64,000 nt of DNA, taken from the NCBI RefSeq assembly GCF_009914755.1, contig NC_060926.1; one strand, given 5' to 3'. The stretch comes from the human T2T-CHM13v2.0 reference genome, Homo sapiens. A model generated the notes under the pieces. The model was not told the DNA's origin. It was given only the letters and a program-made list of their open reading frames with translations, and did not search any database. The stretch's first letter is position 1. Every line of letters begins with the position of its first letter. Made by a program: the position numbers and the translations under genes. Below are positions 55,116 to 64,000 of this stretch, one piece after another.

Positions 55116-55352
55116 TTTTCTTTTCTCTCTTTCTTTTTTTTTTTTTTTTAAGGAGACAGGGTCTCACTCTGTCACCCAGGCTGGAGTGCAGTGGTGTGAG
55201 ATTACAGGCCCGGTCTTTTTTTAAATTATTTTTAGTAGACACGGGGTGTTGCTATGTCACCCAGGCTGGTCTCAAATGCCTGGGCTGAAGCGATCCTCCC
55301 ACTCTGGCCTCCCAAAATGCTGGGATTGCAGGCATGAGCCACTGTGTCCCAC
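55116..55352 (-). mobile_element. Internally deleted AluJ-like
   Basis: The Alu right-arm start is fused to the left arm. Confidence 0.8.
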
Positions 55353-55381
55353 TGCTTATTTCTTGGTAAAAGGGAAGCATT

Positions 55382-55685
55382 GGCCGGGCACAGTGGCTCA
55401 CGCCTGTAATCCCAGCACTTCAGGAGGCCGAGGCGGGCGGATCACGAGGTCAGAAGATCGAGACCATCCTGGCTAACACCATAAAACCCCATCTCTACTA
55501 AAAATACAAAAAAAAAAAATTAGCCGGGCGTTGTGGCGGGCGCCTGTAGTCCCAGCTACTCAGGAGGCTGAGGCAGGAGAATGGCATGAACCTGGGAGGC
55601 AGAGTTTGCAGTGAGCGGAGATCGCACCGCCGCACTCCAGCCTGGGTGATAGAGCGAGACCCCAGCTCAAAAAAAAAAAAAAAAA
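55382..55685 (+). mobile_element. AluY-like
   Basis: Alu consensus; TSD aaaagggaagcatt. Confidence 0.93.
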
Positions 55686-56422
55686 GGGAAGCATTAACTT
55701 CTCCAAGACTGGTTCCCTGAAGGCTGATCTCCCTGGAAGGCTGGACCAGAGCTCAGTCATCTGGCCATACACCATGCTAAGACCCCCGACTCTGATCACA
55801 TTAGGGGAGAGCCTGGCACCCTACGTCATGACCTTAGTGGACAAGAGGACTGCACATCAGGCTCTGCCATGTTTCGCTGCACTTGTAGCATGTTTTTGAT
55901 GTTATGTTTCTAGCTCAGGATCATGCCAGGGAAGAGGTTGGGGCATCTTCAATCCTGAAGCTTGAGGGCTAGAGTCGGACATCTGCTAGAGCTGTGAGTG
56001 ACACCCTGAAATGCACGGGTCAGCGAGGCTCACATGACTGTTTCTGGAGGCCAGTGTCTTTCCCAGGAGCGCTGATCCGGCAGGCCCACTGTGGGTGTGG
56101 TCAGCCAAATGTCACTCAGCAAACAAGTTTGCAGATCAGTTTGTGTATCCTTCAGTGGATCACCCTTCCCTCCACTCTTTCTCCCACAGTGAGCCTGGCT
56201 GCAGTCTCACCTTTCATACCCCAAACCCTGCAGGAATCAAAGTGCCACCTTCTGCCTGGGCCTCCAGTAAGGCTGAGATGTTAGCCCAGCTCACTAGATT
56301 CCAGTCCTGCTTCTTTGCTGATCTCAGAGACATTTTCCTAACTTTTGAGGCTGGCCATGATTTTCTGATTTTGTCCTTTTAATATTTTGTGAAGCATTTC
56401 TCTGTGTTTGGCACAGAGGTGA

Positions 56423-57012
<590 letters not shown>

Positions 57013-58394
57013 TAGACCTGCCATATTGCTGGAATCGGAAGTCCCGGTTTTTGTTTGTAAGCCTAGAACGTGATTCTGGGAGAGAACAGCCCTGCCTGCA
57101 GCATGCCAGTCCCTGTGCCTGCTGAGTGAATGTCTGATTTGAGGACACAGGGTATATGTCACAGTGCTTGGGGCAAGAGAGCATGTGGGAGACGTTCTGG
57201 AAAGGCCTGCAGCTCGCGGTCAGGAAACCTAGGTCCAAGCACCTCCAGTCTCTGCTGACAGCTGAGTGCCCAGGTGTTGTCCCTGTGCTGTTCTGTCACC
57301 TGCAGCAGGTCCTAGGAGGTGTCCCTCCCGGTCCGTGCTTCACAGAGAAGGGAGTGAGACCAGATGTGAAGCGGGCCTTGGAGTCAACGGCCTGGTGACT
57401 TCTGGACTGGCCCTTAGGTCTCGATGTTGCAGCCTGGAGTCTTCCTCTGTCCCTGGGTGTGTTTTGAGCAGTAGAGGAGGGGGGACACGGGAGCACCTGT
57501 TGCAGAGTTGCTCTTACGGATGATCGTCATGGTATGAACAGCACAGGAACGAACAGCACTCTGGAGTCAGGAAGCGGCACTCCCTGGGGCCGGGGAGGCA
57601 GGAGGAAGCTCCGCACCTGAGTTGGGTGGTGTCCAGCGGGCTGGGGAGCCTATGCCCAGGGCCTGGTGTGTGGAGATGGGCTGAGCCTGCTGTGTGGGAG
57701 GTGGTGAGGGCTGGGGTCTGAGGCCATGGGGATGGGGGCAGTAAACCTTGGGGGAACAGAGCTCAGCAGCCAAGCATGCTTGTGAGTGACCCCAAATGTT
57801 CTGGTCAAGTTCAGTCCCCAGAATCTCAAAGAAGGTCCCTTTGCAGAGGAGGAGAAAGATTTGGGGTCCAGACACTTAGAGCTGTGTGTCCCAAGGATGG
57901 CTCTTTTCACTGGCAGACTGAGAAGGCAGGCCTGAAGTCTTGTCCAGGCCGACGTGGGCTCAGATGCTGGGGAGGCAAGCGCTTGGATCCACCTCTGTCC
58001 AGAGGAGCTTCTAGGCTGGTGTGGGGGGATCCAAGCACCCCATAGTGTCCAGCTGCCCTGGCAGAGAGCTGGCCAGGGGCAGTGGGCTCAGGGAAAGAGA
58101 CAAAAGAAAGCTTAACATATTCCTAAGAATTGGAGTCATACAGGCCAGATCCTCCAATGGCAGTAGGATAAGTATGAACTCAACAATAAAACATCAGTCA
58201 AAAAACCTGTGTAGAGATTTTTAAAGATGCTAAAAATCCAAAGATAAGGAGGAAACATTTCAAAATGGAAATTTTGAAATTTTAAGAACTGAGAACAATG
58301 CAAGGATGACCTATCAAACTATGCGAAATTCAGGTAAACCTGTTCTTACAGGTAAATACAAACCCTAAATGCATTTGCTAAAAAGAGGATAAAA

Positions 58395-58665
58395 GGCCAG
58401 GTGTGGTGGTGCATGTCTGTAGTCCCAGCACTTTGGGAGGTCGAGGCAGCTGGATCTCTTGAGCCCAGGAGGAGTTCCTCACCAGCCTCGGCAACATGGC
58501 GAAACCCCATCTCTGAAAAAAAAAAAAAAAATTAGCCAGATATGGTGGCCCACACATGTAGTCTCAACTACTCAGGAGGCTGAGGTGGGAGGATCACTTG
58601 AGTCCAGGAAGTCGAGGCTGCAGTGAGCTGTGATCACACCAAAAAAAAAAAAAAAAAAAAAAAAA
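58395..58665 (+). mobile_element. AluJ-like, 3'-deleted
   Basis: Alu consensus jumping from gatcacacc straight to poly(A). Confidence 0.88.
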
Positions 58666-58728
58666 GATAAAAGAAATGTGTAATCAAAAACTCATGGGAG
58701 AACGAGAGAATACTATGATTAACATTAG

Positions 58729-59033
<305 letters not shown>

Positions 59034-59842
59034 TAGCAGCAACAATTTTATAAAGGTAGATGACATGGATCATTGTTTAGAAATATTAAAATTACCAAAA
59101 TTGAGTCAAGAAGAAAGAGAAAACAAGCTGCAAACTGTGAGTACATATTTGCAATACAAAAAACTGGCAGTGAAGTTATCCATAATATATAATGGCTATA
59201 AATTAATCAGGAAAACAAACACTCCACTAGAACATTGTGCAAAAATGAAACTAGACTGGCTAAGAAACACAGTAAACATGATTAACCCACTAGTAACCCT
59301 GCAAATGCAAATTTAACAGAATGCCACGTAGCATCTGTCTGCAGGGCAAATATTAAAAAGCATTCCATTTGAACTGAGGTCTACAGCAATTGTGGAGCAA
59401 CAGGGCCTCTCATTTGCCACTCCTGGGACTGGAATTGGTCACCATCACTTAGATGAGCAATTTGGTAACAACAGTAAATTTTAAAACATACATAAACATG
59501 ATTAGTAATTTCACTAATAGATCTTTTCCCAGACTAAATCTCACATAGAAGGAAATAACAAATAAGCAATGTTTGTGGACCAAACAGTTAGAAACAGTGT
59601 AAATTTCTATCAGTGGGAGGAAAGATAAACCAAGTATGATATGTCACTGAAATAAAATGTTATAGGATAGCAAAAATTAAGTGAGCTAGAGCTATAATCA
59701 TCCACCTGAATGAATCTCAAACACAAAATATTGAGTAAAAACCTAAGTGGCAGAATTATAATTAGAGAATGAAATTGTGTATATATTTTAAAACACCTAC
59801 AAAACAACGCTATGCCTTTCTATGGACTAAGTATGTCCATAG

Positions 59843-60801
<959 letters not shown>

Positions 60802-60899
60802 TGATGGGTAAGTGGGTGTTTGTTATATTAATAGCATTAATTATACTTTGCAGGCTGCTTGAAATAGTACAAATATATGGATAATTCCAGATACTGCTA

Positions 60900-61110
60900 A
60901 GAGCTGTGTAGAAAAATAGTGTGTTGTGATAGAGAAGGACAAAGACAATGGAGGTGGGGCTTAGACAGGGTGTCCAGGGAAGGCCCAGGCCATTTGAGTT
61001 GGGTCCTGAATGGCAAGAAGGAGACAGCCCTGCAGTGATTTGAGGGAAGATCATTCAGCAGAAGGAACAGCAGGTGCAAAGGCCCTGAGGCAGGAACCAA
61101 CGTGGCTGTA
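60900..61110 (+). mobile_element. L2 fragment
   Basis: tttgagttgggtcctgaatgg...gaaggaacagcaggtgcaaaggccctgaggcaggaa. Confidence 0.65.
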
Positions 61111-63149
61111 GCACGGGAGGATGTGGAGAGGAGAGTGCATGGGGAAGGACGCATTTCCTCTGAGTCAGTCCTGTGCAGGGCCGACCCTGGTGAAGGTCTG
61201 AGTGCCTCATGCCGCCCAGAGCCCTTCTGGGACTGGGGTGTGTGCACAGCCCTATGATGTCTCCTGAGCTGGCAGCAGCTGCTGGGAGTGGAGTGCCCTG
61301 AGCCAAGGATCAGGGTTGAAGACAGTGGACCCCCACTCTAGTTCTAAGCCTGTTCCTGTGGAGACAGCACAGCTGGCTTTTGTTGGGGGCCATGAGAGGC
61401 CCTACTGGCCTTGGCCTTCCTGGGTGTTGGCCTGAAAATGAGGGGGAAGGGGTCCCGTCTGTGAGGTTCCAGTGAGCGCAGCTCACGTCCCAGCTGAGAA
61501 CTCTAGGAAAAGAGACACTATTGGGAAACCAGGGCAGTGCCGGGGAGGCTGCCGACCCCGGAGCCTTTCCTCCACCTCACCAGTGTGACCCACCCGCTGT
61601 CGGCCCAGGCCTGCTGCCCCGCCTGGCCCCCTTTTGAGCGCCCTCTGAGTGGACAGAGCTGCTGGGCGCCACCTCCCCCGTGCTTGCCTCCTCTAGGCCA
61701 GGTCTCCCCAGCTGTGCCGGGGCTGAGCAGAGTACAGATGGGAATCACGCAGACACAGACCTTGCCAGGATTTCAAGTGCCTGACCCCCTCTTCTGTAAG
61801 TGAGAGTAAACCTGCCCAACTTGGAGGCTGTCTGGGCTGAGTGGAAATGCACGTATGAGGGGGAAGGTTTTCGTGGGTCCTTAAGATGTGGTTGGCTGCT
61901 TCCCTCCTCCTAGACTCAGTCCTTGCCAACAGGGCCCTGGCCCGGCTCTTCTGTCTGCCTGCCCTCTGGTGGTCCTCACAATGCTTTCCACAGGCTGTAA
62001 ACAAGTACTCGTGGACAGCATGCAGAGGGAGATGGAGAGAAATAACTCACGAGAGTGTACGACTGGCCCAGAAACAATGGGCGTCCACTGCATGCAAAAT
62101 ACGTGGAAGCCCTCATGGTTGGGTGACTGGGTCTCTGCCCACAAGGCCATAGGAGAGCTAAGGGTTAAGCACCAGCCAGAGCAAGGAGGCTGCCTGTGGC
62201 TCCACCTCCTTCCGCCACCCGAGCCCGCCAGCCCCAGGCCCAGCTGGGATAGCAGCTTCTCCCTACTCTGGCAGACACAGACCAGAGCTGGAGGGAGGGT
62301 GTGGGGGCCCATGAGCACAGAGCCAGGAGATCTGGGCACCCCTGACACCTGGCCAGCCGTAAGAGGCCAGGCCCACCCACTGTCCCAGGCTGGGGTTGGT
62401 CTTCAGCCTCCCAGTGGGTCACAGCAGTGTGGCATGGGAGTGGGCCTCCAGCTAGGGTGTTCTGACCATCTCCGTGTGCTGCTCCTGACAGAGGGCGGGT
62501 TCATGCCTAGCACCTCCGGCTGCTGTGAGCTGATGCCTGTAAGAGGCGTTCAGGCCCCACCTGCAGTGCTCAGTTGGGTAAAATGCTGAGGAAACCGAAT
62601 CACAGCTAGACTAGGGGAGTGAAATCATCGTGTCCCTTTCCTCTGTGCACTCACAGAAACACGCACCCCACGCAGAAAATACAATGTTCCTCCTAGAGCT
62701 GCAGAATGAACAGGCTGTGCTGGGTAAAAGAAAACACCCCAGTTGGATGCCAACTTTCCTTAGCAGGAGAAGGAATGTGGCCTGGAGCCACCGCTGGTGA
62801 TGACAAATTTGCTTCCAGAGCCCTCAGACAAAGCCCTTCCAGCGTGGGGCCCAGCATGAGTCCTCAGAAGCTGGGGAGGCACCTCCTCTGCGGCACGGGG
62901 AAGGCGCTCCCCAAGGAGGCATAGCGGGGCCGGGGTGGCTTCTTAAGGCAGACCTGCACCTGGGGCCCATGATTATATTTAGGTATATGTATCTCCATCC
63001 CAGCCCTTGGAGAGAGCCGCCGGAGCGATTTGGGGGTCCATCTGAGCGTGCAGTGGGTAGCACAGCGGCCGGGAACTAGGGAAGAGACTGTCGTATCAGA
63101 TGAAATTGAGCGACAGTGCGGTCAGCACGGGTAGGGCTTTTTCTCCCAG

Positions 63150-63520
63150 CTCAACTGAGGTGTAATTCATCAATAAAAGTGTGTCATTTAAGATGTATGA
63201 TGTGATTATTTGATCCACACATACACTGGGAAATAATGACCACAATCAAGACAATGAACATGTCCACCGCCTCACAGGCACCTTTTTTTTTTTGTGTTGA
63301 GAACATGTAAGATCTGTCCTCTTAGTCCATTTCAAGTAAACAGTAAATTGTCATTAGCTGGAGTCACCATGCTATACCTTACATCCCCAGAACTTACTCA
63401 TCCTATGACTGCAAGTTTGTAGCTCTGACAAACATCTCCCCATGTCCCCCACCCCAGCCCCTAGAAACCACCGTTCTACTCTCTGCTACTATGAGATTGA
63501 TTTTTAAGATTCTGCATGGA
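63150..63520 (-). mobile_element. L1MA-like 3' end
   Basis: gtcaccatgctataccttacatccccagaacttactcatcc...accgttctactctctgctactatgag. Confidence 0.75.
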
Positions 63521-63544
63521 ACTTGTACTTTAAATTCATTGTCT

Positions 63545-63717
63545 GTTTTAGCCCTCACAACAGCCCTATAAGGTAGGTATTGCTATTATTCCTATTTCAC
63601 AGGTGAGGCAGCTGAAGCTCAGAGAGGTTAAGCAATTTACTCCAGATCATACAGCAAATATATGTCAGAGCTGGACTTTGATTTATGATATGATATGATA
63701 TGATATGGTATCATATG
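63545..63717 (-). mobile_element. MIR followed by an (ATATG)n microsatellite
   Basis: cctcacaacagccctataaggtaggtatt...gctcagagaggttaagcaattt; tatgatatgatatgatatg. Confidence 0.75.
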
Positions 63718-64000
63718 AAGAGTCCAAGCTCTTAAGATCACCAAGTGAAGTGAAACGACAATTAACAAATGGAGAGAAATGAAATGCCTGACTCTTGAGG
63801 GCCTCACACTGGACCAGGTAAAACAGACTCTTGCTTGTAAAAGAACTGACTTTCAATTCAGCGGCAGTTTCCTTCCCCAGAATGGGTTATTAAAGGCCTG
63901 TGGCTCTCAGAGTTGAAACATGAGGCCTGATGCACAAGGTGAAGTCCAGGATAAATGTGAGCTTCCCAACACCCACTGGCCGAGAAGACAGCTGTTCTCC

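Noticed and set aside
61881-62589. 233-aa (+) and 155-aa (-) ORFs in GC-rich unique sequence
   Set aside because: No recognisable protein family or clear exon structure. It would need PhyloCSF or RNA-seq support.

Overview
Human (primate) genomic DNA. The single long ORF is recognisable as AMER3/FAM123C, which places the window at chr2q21.1; from memory, ARHGEF4 lies downstream, outside the window. The window starts in the AMER3 intron. It then holds the single coding exon (ATG 4238, stop 6823, 861 aa) and a probable ~3.5 kb 3'UTR carrying a Ricksha (MuDR) DNA transposon with captured MLT2/ERV-L sequence. The remaining ~54 kb is repeat-dense. It contains deeply nested L1 relics, about 40 Alus, several solo LTRs, a degenerate LTR-less ERV-L gag-pro-pol relic, a processed cytochrome c pseudogene that keeps pre-anthropoid codons, and an orphan CpG island with a strong CTCF motif (~39.65-40.95 kb). 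Almost all other ORFs in the track are Alu, L1 or GC-rich artefacts. I found no convincing previously undescribed biological system. The best leads are the orphan CpG island, the inverted-repeat transposon in the AMER3 3'UTR and the fossil cytochrome c copy. Repeat family names and boundaries come from visual recognition and are approximate.
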